From contig OZ252279.1 of NCBI GenBank assembly GCA_965250005.1, forward strand, positions 1,500,001-1,532,000: a DNA stretch of 32,000 nt, written 5' to 3'. This DNA is from Demequinaceae bacterium (GTDB taxonomy: Bacteria; Actinomycetota; Actinomycetes; Actinomycetales; Demequinaceae). Positions 16,717 through 24,624 of this stretch are shown piece after piece (position 1 is the stretch's first letter; the number at the start of each line of letters is the position of its first letter). Below the pieces are notes generated by a model, which was given only the letters and a program-made list of their open reading frames with translations, was not told the origin of the DNA and searched no databases. Both the position numbers and the translations under genes were made by a program.

Positions 16717-17055
16717 TCAGTTGACGACGATTTCTGAGATCTCGAAGTAGTCGTCGTCAGCGGCTTCGCGAATCCAGTCGATGGTGACCTGGCTGGGCGC
16801 ACCTGTGACGTCGTCGTACGCGATGGTCGCGTCGGACTCTTCGGTTCTCAGTGCGCGTTCGTACAAGTGCAGGACTTCGCCGATCGTTCGCATTTGCTCA
16901 ATCGTGACCCACTTATCCTGGATCGCCTTGAGGCCGTGCTCGTCGGTCGCTTCGAAGGCGATGACCTTGCCCTCCCGGACCGTAACAAGATAGACGCCAG
17001 CACCCGGGCCAAAGTACGAGTGACCGAACTTGTAGGTGTAGTTTTCGGGCTCCAC
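16717..17055 (-). CDS. DUF6174-like small protein (no signal peptide)
   Basis: 112 aa. Shares a two-block pattern with the upstream gene: GVYLVTVREGKVI versus WFELDIAGGVIL, and ATIAYDDVTGAPSQVTIDW..DDDYFEI versus FTVTYDASGNPTDVCWDD..DEEGCWTF. The family name is from memory and unverified. Confidence 0.55.
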   Translation of the reverse strand: MEPENYTYKFGHSYFGPGAGVYLVTVREGKVIAFEATDEHGLKAIQDKWVTIEQMRTIGEVLHLYERALRTEESDATIAYDDVTGAPSQVTIDWIREAADDDYFEISEIVVN

Positions 17056-17064
17056 CCAGTTGCT

Positions 17065-17499
17065 TCAAGCGTGTCCGGGCTCGCGGTAATCGCGGAACGT
17101 CCAGCACCCTTCTTCGTCGACGGCCAGTGGGTCGTCCCAGCAAACGTCGGTCGGGTTGCCGGAGGCGTCGTAGGTGACCGTGAATCCGAGACTCAACCCG
17201 TCCGCTGGCTGCGGCGCCTCGGTGCGATCGAGCGCCTGGCGCGGAGTGGAGAAAAACGCAGCCGAGTCCATGTTTTGCGCGAACTGGTCCGCATCGGAAT
17301 CAAGTGGTTGAGACGAGAGGATGACGCCGCCTGCGATATCGAGTTCAAACCACCCGCTGTAGAACCAAGCGCCCGAAAAAACAACGTCAACCACGTAGTG
17401 ATCCGGTTCTGTCCACCCCGACTCTTCTACAACGTTGGCCTGGGCACACGCAGCGAGCGGTAGAGCCGCACACATGGCGATCGTGGCTACACGGATCAT
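17065..17499 (-). CDS. DUF6174-like lipoprotein
   Basis: I place the start at ATG 17499 (MIRVATIAMCAALPLAAC, lipobox L-A-A-C, RBS ggaaag) rather than at ORF-track position 17580. The C-terminal block is paralogous to the downstream 112-aa protein, which starts 9 nt after this gene's stop. Confidence 0.6.
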   Translation of the reverse strand: MIRVATIAMCAALPLAACAQANVVEESGWTEPDHYVVDVVFSGAWFYSGWFELDIAGGVILSSQPLDSDADQFAQNMDSAAFFSTPRQALDRTEAPQPADGLSLGFTVTYDASGNPTDVCWDDPLAVDEEGCWTFRDYREPGHA

Positions 17500-17865
17500 G
17501 ATGTTTCTTTCCGATGTTGAGTAGGGCATCTCTGCAGGGTTAACGCGCGGCGGGGGGAAAGCGTTGGGGTCGTTGGTCACAGCGCGGCCCTCACCGGTTT
17601 CAATGCTGGCGAATCGTGCACGGTCGCGAGCACCCAGAAACCTCGGCGCTACCTGCCCGTTCTTCCCGGTGGCGGGTCACCCAAGGCGAACAAAGATGCT
17701 ATGGGCGACGAGCGCTATGCGGTCAGCAACGCCAACACTGAGAAACACGTCCCTCGGGAGGAGGCGCCCGGCGCCCGGCACGAATCCGACGTCAAAAGTT
17801 CGAGCGCGACCCACCGGTGTACTTCATGACCGATGGGCCGCTTGCTCGACCTTGGCTGGGAAGCG

Positions 17866-18495
17866 CTAGCGCTTGCCGCCGCCGAGGAGGCCACCGAGCA
17901 GTTCGCCCAATCCGCCCATCGCTCCGCCGGAAGACGAGCCGCCGGAGGTCGCGCCTCCGAGTACCGAGCCGAGGATATCGCCCAGGCCGCCTCCACTGGA
18001 AGACGAGCCGCCGGAGGTCGCGCCTCCGAGTATCGAGCCGAGGATATCGCCCAGGCCGCCTCCACTGGAAGATGAGCCACCGCCGGAACTACCGCCGAGC
18101 AGCTTCTTTGCCAGGAATGAGAGCACGATGGGCGCGAGGATCGGAAGCAGCATAGTCATCAGATTCTTGCCGATGCCGTCGCCCCCAATCTTTCCGAGTT
18201 GGCTCGCGACGCTGTCGCTCTTGTCGCCGAAGATGTTGCCGACGATCTTGGCGCCGTCCTCGACGTCGATGTCCCCGAGGTTGATCCCGCCGGAGAGCAG
18301 TCCACCGTCTTTGGTCTCAAGCGCCCCGAGCAGCGATGCCGCGCCGGCCGTGTCAGAGGCGTTGGCCTGGAGTCCCTGGAACAGCGCGGGAAGAGCCGCG
18401 GAGACGGCCGCTGACGTGTCTGCCTTGGAAGCACCCAGTTGCTTGGCAATGTCGCCAATGGGGATCTGAGAGAAGAGGTCATCGAGGTCGGGCAT
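17866..18495 (-). CDS. DUF937-family protein with a Gly/Ser-rich repetitive C-terminus
   Basis: The N-terminus (LDDLFSQIPIGDIAKQLGASKADTSAAVSAALPALFQGL...) looks like DUF937. A hydrophobic segment (LMTMLLPILAPIVLSFLAKKLL) is followed by repeated GGSSSSGGGLGDILGSxLGGATS units. Confidence 0.75.
   Translation of the reverse strand: MPDLDDLFSQIPIGDIAKQLGASKADTSAAVSAALPALFQGLQANASDTAGAASLLGALETKDGGLLSGGINLGDIDVEDGAKIVGNIFGDKSDSVASQLGKIGGDGIGKNLMTMLLPILAPIVLSFLAKKLLGGSSGGGSSSSGGGLGDILGSILGGATSGGSSSSGGGLGDILGSVLGGATSGGSSSGGAMGGLGELLGGLLGGGKR
17931..18068. repeat. Tandem direct repeat, 2 x 69 bp (one mismatch), plus degenerate partial copies at both ends
   Basis: 17931-17999 and 18000-18068 are identical except gtaCcg versus gtaTcg. 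The 69-bp period is in frame and equals 23 codons of the DUF937 gene. Confidence 0.9.
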
Positions 18496-18602
18496 GGGTG
18501 CTCCTTCTGTAGGTCTATGTAGATCCCATATTACAGATTCGGCCGCGCGAGCGCGTGCCGCTCTACTGTGGAGGGGATTGCATTAAGCCGACAGGAGAAG
18601 TC

Positions 18603-19520
18603 ATGCGAGCGTTTCAGGTGCTGGAGCCTGGCGAAAACTGGAAGGTTGGCGTCGTCGAGATTCCCGATCCCACCGTGGCCAACGACACGGTCTTGGTGCG
18701 CGTGGATGCCGCGGCCCTGAATCCTATCGACTACAAAATCGCGAGCGGCCGACGCGGCGGTCGAGAGTACCCGTTGACCCTGGGATTCGACCTGGTCGGC
18801 ATTGTCGAAGAGGTGGGCGCCGACGTCACTCAGGTACGTTCGGGCGACCGGGTGATGGCGATGGCCCCCATCGAGCACGCTGGGACAGTTGCAGAGCTGG
18901 TAGTGCTCCGCGAAGAGAACATCGCGATCGCGCCAGCCGTGCTGGATAACGCGACCGCGGCAGCGCTGCCCCTTGCCGCGCTTACGGCCCTCGAGGCGCT
19001 CGACATTGCGCGGGTGCGCAAGGGCCAGAACGTGCTGATACACGCCGGAGCAGGCGGAGTCGGGCACTTCGCGATTCAGTTGGCCAAGATGCGCGGCGCG
19101 ACCGTCTACGCGACGGCATCGGCGGCGAATCAAGAGCTGCTCGCTGAACTCGGGGCGGATCACCCCGTTGACTATGTAAAGGAGTCGACGGAGGACACGG
19201 CCCAGCATGCGGACGTCGTGATCGACACCATGGGCGGCGACGTGGCCAAGGTGTCGCTCAGGGCGATGCGCTCTGGCGGTGCGTTCGTGACCATTGTCGG
19301 CTGGGCGCAATTGGACCAATTCGAGCGCGATGACGTGTCGGTTGACGGATTCCTGGTCGCGCCGCGAGGAGACAAGCTTACTGAGCTGGCCTCGCTCGTG
19401 GAGGCGGGCACATTGCGCGTGATCGTTCACAGCGTGGTTCCGTTCGACCAGGCTCCCCAGGCGCTCGTGGACTTGCGCGAGGGCCACACTGTGGGCAAGC
19501 GCGTGGTTTCTATTCGGTGA
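18603..19520 (+). CDS. NADPH:quinone oxidoreductase / zinc-type alcohol dehydrogenase-like (MDR superfamily)
   Basis: Start moved to ATG 18603 (RBS acaggagaag). MRAFQVLEPG..., ALNPIDYK, and the Rossmann motif VLIHAGAGGVGHFAIQLAK are typical of Qor-type MDR proteins. Confidence 0.9.
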   Translation: MRAFQVLEPGENWKVGVVEIPDPTVANDTVLVRVDAAALNPIDYKIASGRRGGREYPLTLGFDLVGIVEEVGADVTQVRSGDRVMAMAPIEHAGTVAELVVLREENIAIAPAVLDNATAAALPLAALTALEALDIARVRKGQNVLIHAGAGGVGHFAIQLAKMRGATVYATASAANQELLAELGADHPVDYVKESTEDTAQHADVVIDTMGGDVAKVSLRAMRSGGAFVTIVGWAQLDQFERDDVSVDGFLVAPRGDKLTELASLVEAGTLRVIVHSVVPFDQAPQALVDLREGHTVGKRVVSIR

Positions 19521-19556
19521 TTTTCGGCGCTGCCTCAAAGATTGGGGCGCGCCCTC

Positions 19557-19582
19557 GGACTGGTTCTTTGGACTGGTTCTTT
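19557..19582. repeat. Perfect tandem direct repeat, 2 x 13 bp (ggactggttcttt)
   Basis: ggactggttcttt occurs at 19557-19569 and again at 19570-19582. It lies in the intergenic region 37 nt after the oxidoreductase stop and about 90 nt before GTG 19675. Confidence 0.8.
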
Positions 19583-19674
19583 CGCACTGCAGGAACCGCC
19601 CAAATGGTGTGATTTCTCACGCCAGCACGCCACTAGCGACAAAGCGAGGGTAGCGTCGTTAGTGGAGGCACCGG

Positions 19675-20052
19675 GTGGCGTACGAAGTTTTTGTTCAGGC
19701 GTTTGAGGCGGGGATTCCCGTTCTCATGCGCGCTGAGGCAGTCGAACCCATCGTCGAGCCTTACATAATCGCTCGCTCGGCAGGGTTTGCCCAAGTCAAG
19801 ACGTCCGACGGCGGAGCTGATCTCTACGGCTACGGCGACGACGGCGGTTTGCTGGTGGCGAACCCGAGCGGCGGGGAGATTTGGGAGCTGGTGCTCGCAA
19901 TTGCGCGAGTCAACGGAGCCGCAATCATTCCGATTGGTGAGCCAGCAATCGTGGTCGACGAAGAGGTCCGCAGGGAGCTACCAGAGGACATGCGCGAAGC
20001 CGCGCGAGTAGTGCGCGCTCGCCGCGCCTTGATGGACGCGCTTGGATTCTGA
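19675..20052 (+). CDS. Hypothetical protein
   Basis: 125-aa ORF with a GTG start preceded by gtggagg. Codon usage is like its neighbours. No family recognised. Confidence 0.45.
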   Translation: MAYEVFVQAFEAGIPVLMRAEAVEPIVEPYIIARSAGFAQVKTSDGGADLYGYGDDGGLLVANPSGGEIWELVLAIARVNGAAIIPIGEPAIVVDEEVRRELPEDMREAARVVRARRALMDALGF

Positions 20053-20056
20053 GCCA

Positions 20057-20473
20057 CTAGCGCGCGGGTGCCAGCTCCCAGGTGCGGGCGGCGAGCGCCG
20101 TGCTCAAAGCCTCTTGAAATGTGGCGACATCGCCGTCGAGTTCCTCGAGTTGTTCGGCGGCGAGCACGACTTCAAGCGACTCGTCATCAAGGCGGGCCAA
20201 GACGATCGCGAGGCCGTAGCCGGAGACGGCGCGCGTGATGTCTGCGGACATTTCGTTGCGGTGCAAGAGCGCGAACGGTACGCCGAAGTGGTTGACCATC
20301 CGGTCCCAAGCGCGTTTGCGCGCGACGCCGGCGTGCGTCACGTCGCAGAGTGCACAATGCGCGGTGCCGAGCATCTTGCCCACCACGTACGAAACCTCGC
20401 CTCTTACGCCTCCGTCGGCGTCGTAAACGCCGACGAACCCAGTCACCTTGGTCACCTTGTTCGGTTGCTCCAT
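20057..20473 (-). CDS. Hypothetical protein with HCxLCDxTH motif
   Basis: 138 aa, with GTAHCALCDVTHAGVARK suggesting a Cys/His metal or redox site. Convergent with 19675..20052 and divergent from the monooxygenase. Family not recognised. Confidence 0.6.
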   Translation of the reverse strand: MEQPNKVTKVTGFVGVYDADGGVRGEVSYVVGKMLGTAHCALCDVTHAGVARKRAWDRMVNHFGVPFALLHRNEMSADITRAVSGYGLAIVLARLDDESLEVVLAAEQLEELDGDVATFQEALSTALAARTWELAPAR

Positions 20474-20557
20474 ATCTAGGTAACGAACGTGGGTACCTGA
20501 CGCTTCCCACGGCCGGGATCCCGCACCAATATTCTTCCTGCGGGTTAGTCTCGGGGG

Positions 20558-21784
20558 GTGTCCTCGCCCACCTCAATTACCGACGTTCTTGTTGTTGGCG
20601 CCGGACCCGTAGGCATGGTGACCGCGCTCGGGCTGGCCCGCGAGGGCCTTGGCGTGACTTTGGTCGACCCAACACCGGGATTCCCGAAGGGGTCGCGCGC
20701 GTCGCTCTTATGGCCGCGGGCCCTGGAGTCACTGGATCGCTGCGGCGCCGGCGACGCTGTGGTCGCAATGGGAGTCCTTAGACCCGTTGTCAAACTGTTC
20801 GACGTTCGATCCGGCCGCACGCTGATATCCGCTGACTTCGGACTGCTGTCGTCCGAGACCACCCGTCCGACGATTCTCTCGGTATCCCAAGATCGCATCG
20901 AGCAAGCGTTGCTCGAACTTGTCGCAGCACAGAGTGGTATCTCCGTGGTTACCGGCTGCGTAACGGGCCTCGCGGAGACATTCATTGGAGTGGACGTCGA
21001 GGTGGACGCGGAGCGTGGCGGCGGGACGCACATGGCGAGGTACGTGGTTGCGGCCGACGGGGCGCGGTCGCTCGTGCGCGACCTCCTCGATATCGAGTTG
21101 GTGGGGCATCACCGGAGCACGTGGATCGCGACTGCGGACGTCCGGTGCGCCAACACGGAGCTCGCCCCCGTGCGATATGACCCTCACGAAAACGGTCTTT
21201 CCGCAGCATTCCGCATTGGAAGAGACCTGTGGCGTGTCATCGCCTCGATTCCGGGCGACGTTGCTGGAAGCGCTGTTGAAGCCGAGGAACACGTTCGTGC
21301 CCGCGCGCAAGTCCTCTTCGTCGGGGCCACACACAAGGTGACGTGGCAGAGCGTGACGCCGCTTGCCAACCACACCGCGAAGAGCATGCGCGTTGGGCGG
21401 ATCCTGCTCGCCGGAGATGCGGGCCACGTGCTGTCGCCGTCGGGAGGGCAGGGCCTCAACTTGGGATTTGTCGACGCCGAGTGGGCAGTATGGGCGGTCG
21501 CGGCAGCGTTGGCCGCCGAGACCTCCGGGGATCCGCGAAACGCCCTGGCGACATTGGACGCCTACGGAACGGAGCGGGTGCGGAGCGCGCGGCTGGCGTC
21601 ACGGCGCGCGGAGACCACGGCTATTGGCGAGTTCTACGCTCCGGGCTGGCTTCGCACCGCCACGCTACCGGTGGCGAGGCTCGCGCTCCGCTCCGCGCCC
21701 GTGCATCGCGCGACACTGCGAAGGCTCTCGATGCTGGGAGATGCGTTCCCGCCGCCGCCCGTCGCGAGGCTCCTGCCCAACTAG
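20558..21784 (+). CDS. FAD-dependent monooxygenase (aromatic-ring hydroxylase / UbiH-like family)
   Basis: N-terminal dinucleotide fold VLVVGAGPVGMVTALGLAREGLGVTLVD, the DG motif (VVAADGARSLVR), and LAGDAGHVLSPSGGQGLNLGFVDA matching the GDAAH..P..GQG.N.G..DA fingerprint. Confidence 0.9.
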   Translation: MSSPTSITDVLVVGAGPVGMVTALGLAREGLGVTLVDPTPGFPKGSRASLLWPRALESLDRCGAGDAVVAMGVLRPVVKLFDVRSGRTLISADFGLLSSETTRPTILSVSQDRIEQALLELVAAQSGISVVTGCVTGLAETFIGVDVEVDAERGGGTHMARYVVAADGARSLVRDLLDIELVGHHRSTWIATADVRCANTELAPVRYDPHENGLSAAFRIGRDLWRVIASIPGDVAGSAVEAEEHVRARAQVLFVGATHKVTWQSVTPLANHTAKSMRVGRILLAGDAGHVLSPSGGQGLNLGFVDAEWAVWAVAAALAAETSGDPRNALATLDAYGTERVRSARLASRRAETTAIGEFYAPGWLRTATLPVARLALRSAPVHRATLRRLSMLGDAFPPPPVARLLPN

Positions 21785-22062
21785 ACTAGGAGGGCTCGGA
21801 ACGCCGCGGTCACGCGCTCGGGAGCGTCAACATCGAGACCTAGGAACAGGCTCGACTCAGTCACCTCGAGCTCGAGCAGCAGGGGTCCGTCCGGGCCGGG
21901 AACCGCACACGCGCGCGCGTAGGCGAGCGCCGTCATGTCAGCCAGGAGGTTGTCGGCTAAGCGTCGCTGCTCTGCAGTCGCCTCGGTAGCTCCAACCTTT
22001 TCGTCGGCGTCGGGAACGGGAAGTTCGACGGTCGTCACGATGGCGATGCGTGCGCTCATCAC
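21781..22062 (-). CDS. Hypothetical small protein
   Basis: 93-aa ORF 27 nt downstream of the APH-like gene on the same strand. Codon usage is compatible with coding. Its 3' end overlaps the convergent monooxygenase stop by 4 nt. No family recognised. Confidence 0.4.
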   Translation of the reverse strand: MMSARIAIVTTVELPVPDADEKVGATEATAEQRRLADNLLADMTALAYARACAVPGPDGPLLLELEVTESSLFLGLDVDAPERVTAAFRALLV

Positions 22063-22089
22063 GCAGACTAACCGAGCGAAGGGGCTCCG

Positions 22090-22962
22090 CTAGAACGCAT
22101 CGAAGGTGCCGGACTCCACCCACCGGGCGTGCGCTCGATACATGTGGCCGTTGCGGCGCATGTCCTCGTCTGTTTGCATAGAACACCGGTCCGCCAACTC
22201 GTCCAGCCGGGATGGGAGCAGGGTGAGAAGTTCAAACGGCGCATAGAGTTTCGGTTCGTCGTCGCCAGCGATTCCACCGCGGCCGACGGCGCCGTACGCC
22301 TTGAGGAACGCCTCGAGCCGTACGCGCATAGTCCCCATGTCAAACGGCGAGCGGTCCGCACCCGCGCCGTCGTCGATCGCGGTCCCCGGCGCCGGGAGGA
22401 GTGGAACGTACCGGTACGCGGTAAATGCCATGTCCCAGAGCCGCGAAGCGGGGTAGCAAACGTCAAAGTCGATTGCGCCAACGAACCTGCCATACCGGAA
22501 GACGTGGTTGTACTCGGCGAAGTCGTTGTGGGCGATGACCTCGTGTGGCAACCGGCCGGGCAAGAACCACGGGTCCTTGCGCGAGTGCTCAAAATCGACC
22601 GTCGCGTCGTGCCACTGGCGTTGGGCTCGCGCAACATCCTCCAGAATCTGATCGGTGCGCAGCCACTCCGGCTGGCCGTGCGCGACCTCGCCTTCGATGA
22701 AATCGAGGATCTCGCGACCGACGTCGTCGAAGCCGTGAAAGCGAGGCACCCAGTCCACGCCGGCGTCCCGCATGTGAGTGAGCAGGCGGCGAATCGTGGG
22801 CGACCAGTCGGAGGCACCACGACGCACGGTGTCGCCCACGCGGACGACCCTGGCCTTTATATTTTCGCCGTCAAGAGCGTGCTCTTGCAGTGCGCTGTCC
22901 ATTCCGCCAACGTACCGGGGCAGGAGCACGAGCGGCAGGTTTTGACGAGTGAAAACGGCCAC
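22090..22962 (-). CDS. Phosphotransferase-family (APH/choline-kinase-like) protein, catalytic motifs intact
   Basis: VIAHNDFAEYNHVF fits the catalytic loop H.D....N, and GAIDFDVCYPASRLWDMA fits the Mg-binding IDFD block. GTG start at 22962; an internal ATG (MDSALQE...) is an alternative. Confidence 0.8.
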   Translation of the reverse strand: MAVFTRQNLPLVLLPRYVGGMDSALQEHALDGENIKARVVRVGDTVRRGASDWSPTIRRLLTHMRDAGVDWVPRFHGFDDVGREILDFIEGEVAHGQPEWLRTDQILEDVARAQRQWHDATVDFEHSRKDPWFLPGRLPHEVIAHNDFAEYNHVFRYGRFVGAIDFDVCYPASRLWDMAFTAYRYVPLLPAPGTAIDDGAGADRSPFDMGTMRVRLEAFLKAYGAVGRGGIAGDDEPKLYAPFELLTLLPSRLDELADRCSMQTDEDMRRNGHMYRAHARWVESGTFDAF

Positions 22963-23088
22963 ATTTCCCGTATCCGAGTGAGGGATGTCTCGCCGTTATC
23001 GGCCGTTTGTCCTTACGTTCTCCAAACAACGCGCACAATATGTTCGGTTTTGGAGACGCCAAACGTGCGCCTGCGCTCAGGACAAGCC

Positions 23089-23364
23089 ATGACTCCCACC
23101 GAATCCAAGTTTGCGGGCCGCGCCGCCACGGCCGTACTCGTTCTCTCCCGCTGGAGCTCCAGCGCCGCGGCAGACGACGGCATCGCGTCTCTGAAGGATT
23201 CGGGCGCCCAGGCTGGCGCCGGAGTTGAGCTGACGGCCGAGCAGTCGGCGCTTGCGTTCGCGTAGTGTATGCGCGACAACGGCATAGATTTTGAGGACCC
23301 GACGGTTGGCGCGGATGGGAGCCCCTCATTCGAGAACGCATTCGCAGGCTCTGCACCATGTTGA
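23089..23364 (+). pseudogene. Small secreted/lipoprotein-like gene interrupted by an in-frame TAG
   Basis: ATG 23089 ...AVLVLSRWSSSAAADD...LTAEQSALAFA-TAG(23263-23265)-CMRDNGIDFEDPTVGADGSPSFENAFAGSAPC-TGA(23362-23364), all in one frame. The F-A-x-C-M-R-D-N-G-[IV]-D-F-x-D-P block resembles a motif I recall from small actinobacterial secreted proteins; here the x position is a stop. Confidence 0.35.
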
Positions 23365-23452
23365 GAATGACCCTGTTGCTTGTGACCTTGGTCCTGCCGC
23401 GAATCCACAGTGACGTCCTAGCGTGTAAATGGGAGGCGTCACAGGAGGCGCA

Positions 23453-24613
23453 ATGGGCCAGGGGACTAGGATTATCGACGTTGCAGGGCTTGACGCCCTC
23501 GTTACGGAATTGCGGTCGCGCGGCTATTCAGTCGTGGGCCCAACCGTCCGCGACGGCGCGATCATCAACGCACCTATCACGTCGACGGCTGACCTTCCGC
23601 ATGGAGTCGGCGACGAGCAGAACTCGTCCCACTACCGGTTGACCGAGCGCGACGACGGAGCCTTTTTCGGGTTCGCCGCGGGCGCTCAGTCAATGAAGCC
23701 GATTCTCTTCCCCGCGAACGAGCTGCTCTTCAAGGGCACGCGGGACGACGGCGCGGTTGAGATCGATGCGGCCACCGCCAAGCAAATCCAGGCCGTCGGA
23801 CCGCCGTACGCGCTGATAGGCATGCGCGGCTGCGACATATCAGCGATGCTCATCCAGGACACGGTGTTAACGAAGCGCGCAGTGGCGGACTCCAATTATC
23901 AGGCGCGCCGCGCCGAGGCGTTCATCGTTGGCGCTACTTGCGGGACACCGGCCGGTACGTGCTTTTGCGCGTCCATGGGTAGCGGACCGCGTGCAAAGGA
24001 AGGCTTCGACCTCAACCTGACCGAGGTGATCGACGGCGACGCGCACACGTTCGTGGTTGATGTGGGAAGCGATCGGGGAGCGGATGTTCTTGACGCAGTC
24101 AGCGCCGCGGTCGCCACTGCCGCGCAGTCCAGAGCGGCCGACGCGGTGAGCGCCAACGCTGCGAAGCACATGGGCCGCGAGCTCGAAACGGACGGGCTCA
24201 AGGAGCTGCTATATGACAGCGCCGAGAGTTCCCGTTGGGAAGAGATCGCATCACGGTGCCTCGCGTGCACCAACTGCACCCTGGTCTGTCCCACCTGCTT
24301 CTGCACCTCTGTCGAGGACATCACTGATTTGTCAGGTGACAAGACTGAGCGGCACCGTGTCTGGGATTCGTGCTTCTCCGAGGATTTCTCGTACATCCAC
24401 GGCGGCAGTGTTCGGCCGAGTGTGCAGTCGCGCTATCGCCAGTGGATGACCCACAAGTTGGCGGCTTGGGAGGACCAGTTCGGGATAAGTGGCTGCGTGG
24501 GTTGCGGCCGCTGCATCACCTGGTGCCCCGCCGCAATCGACATCACCGCCGAGGCCGCAGCCATGCGCAGCGCGACTCCGGATACCGTACCGGCCGCGCA
24601 AGGAAGCAAGTAG
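23453..24613 (+). CDS. hyhB: Hydrogenase beta subunit, AsrA-like 4Fe-4S protein (group 3b type)
   Basis: Two ferredoxin-type cluster motifs, CLACTNCTLVCPTCFC and CVGCGRCITWCP, plus an N-terminal AsrA-like region (GMRGCD, GTCFCASMG). Start chosen at ATG 23453, 4 nt after AGGAGG (23443-23448); ATG 23429 is an alternative. Confidence 0.85.
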   Translation: MGQGTRIIDVAGLDALVTELRSRGYSVVGPTVRDGAIINAPITSTADLPHGVGDEQNSSHYRLTERDDGAFFGFAAGAQSMKPILFPANELLFKGTRDDGAVEIDAATAKQIQAVGPPYALIGMRGCDISAMLIQDTVLTKRAVADSNYQARRAEAFIVGATCGTPAGTCFCASMGSGPRAKEGFDLNLTEVIDGDAHTFVVDVGSDRGADVLDAVSAAVATAAQSRAADAVSANAAKHMGRELETDGLKELLYDSAESSRWEEIASRCLACTNCTLVCPTCFCTSVEDITDLSGDKTERHRVWDSCFSEDFSYIHGGSVRPSVQSRYRQWMTHKLAAWEDQFGISGCVGCGRCITWCPAAIDITAEAAAMRSATPDTVPAAQGSK

Positions 24614-24624
24614 GGGACCGCGCT

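Noticed and set aside
17581-17865. 285-bp intergenic region between the DUF937 gene and the DUF6174 lipoprotein gene, scanned for an sRNA, riboswitch or small ORF (including the 101-aa plus-strand ORF 17564..17869).
   Set aside because: Only weak hairpins (TCGAGC...GCTCGA followed by CTTTTG on the minus strand, possibly the DUF937 terminator) and an 11-codon ORF were found. The 101-aa ORF is Arg/Pro-rich with no RBS. Nothing there can be supported.
17861-17874. Perfect 14-bp palindrome AAGCGCTAGCGCTT overlapping the DUF937 stop codon.
   Set aside because: It has no loop, so it cannot form a stable terminator hairpin, and it is short enough to be chance in GC-rich DNA. No associated U-run.
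17931-18080. Regularly spaced repeats considered as a possible CRISPR-like array.
   Set aside because: There are only about two contiguous 69-bp units with no unique spacers, they sit inside and in frame with a coding sequence (DUF937), and there are no cas genes.
23410-23442. Inverted repeat GTGACG ... CGTCAC just upstream of the hydrogenase start, considered as a CRP/FNR-type operator because the operon contains a cNMP-fold gene.
   Set aside because: The half-sites are 21 nt apart, not the 6-nt spacing of TGTGA-N6-TCACA. The operon's cNMP-fold protein has no DNA-binding domain. The right half-site lies beside the Shine-Dalgarno region (AGGAGG 23443-23448).
23459-23478. GGGGACT half-site resembling the mycobacterial DosR box (Hyd3/Hyh is DosR-regulated in M. 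smegmatis).
   Set aside because: Only one half of the palindrome matches (no AGTCCC partner), and it lies inside the first codons of the beta-subunit gene.
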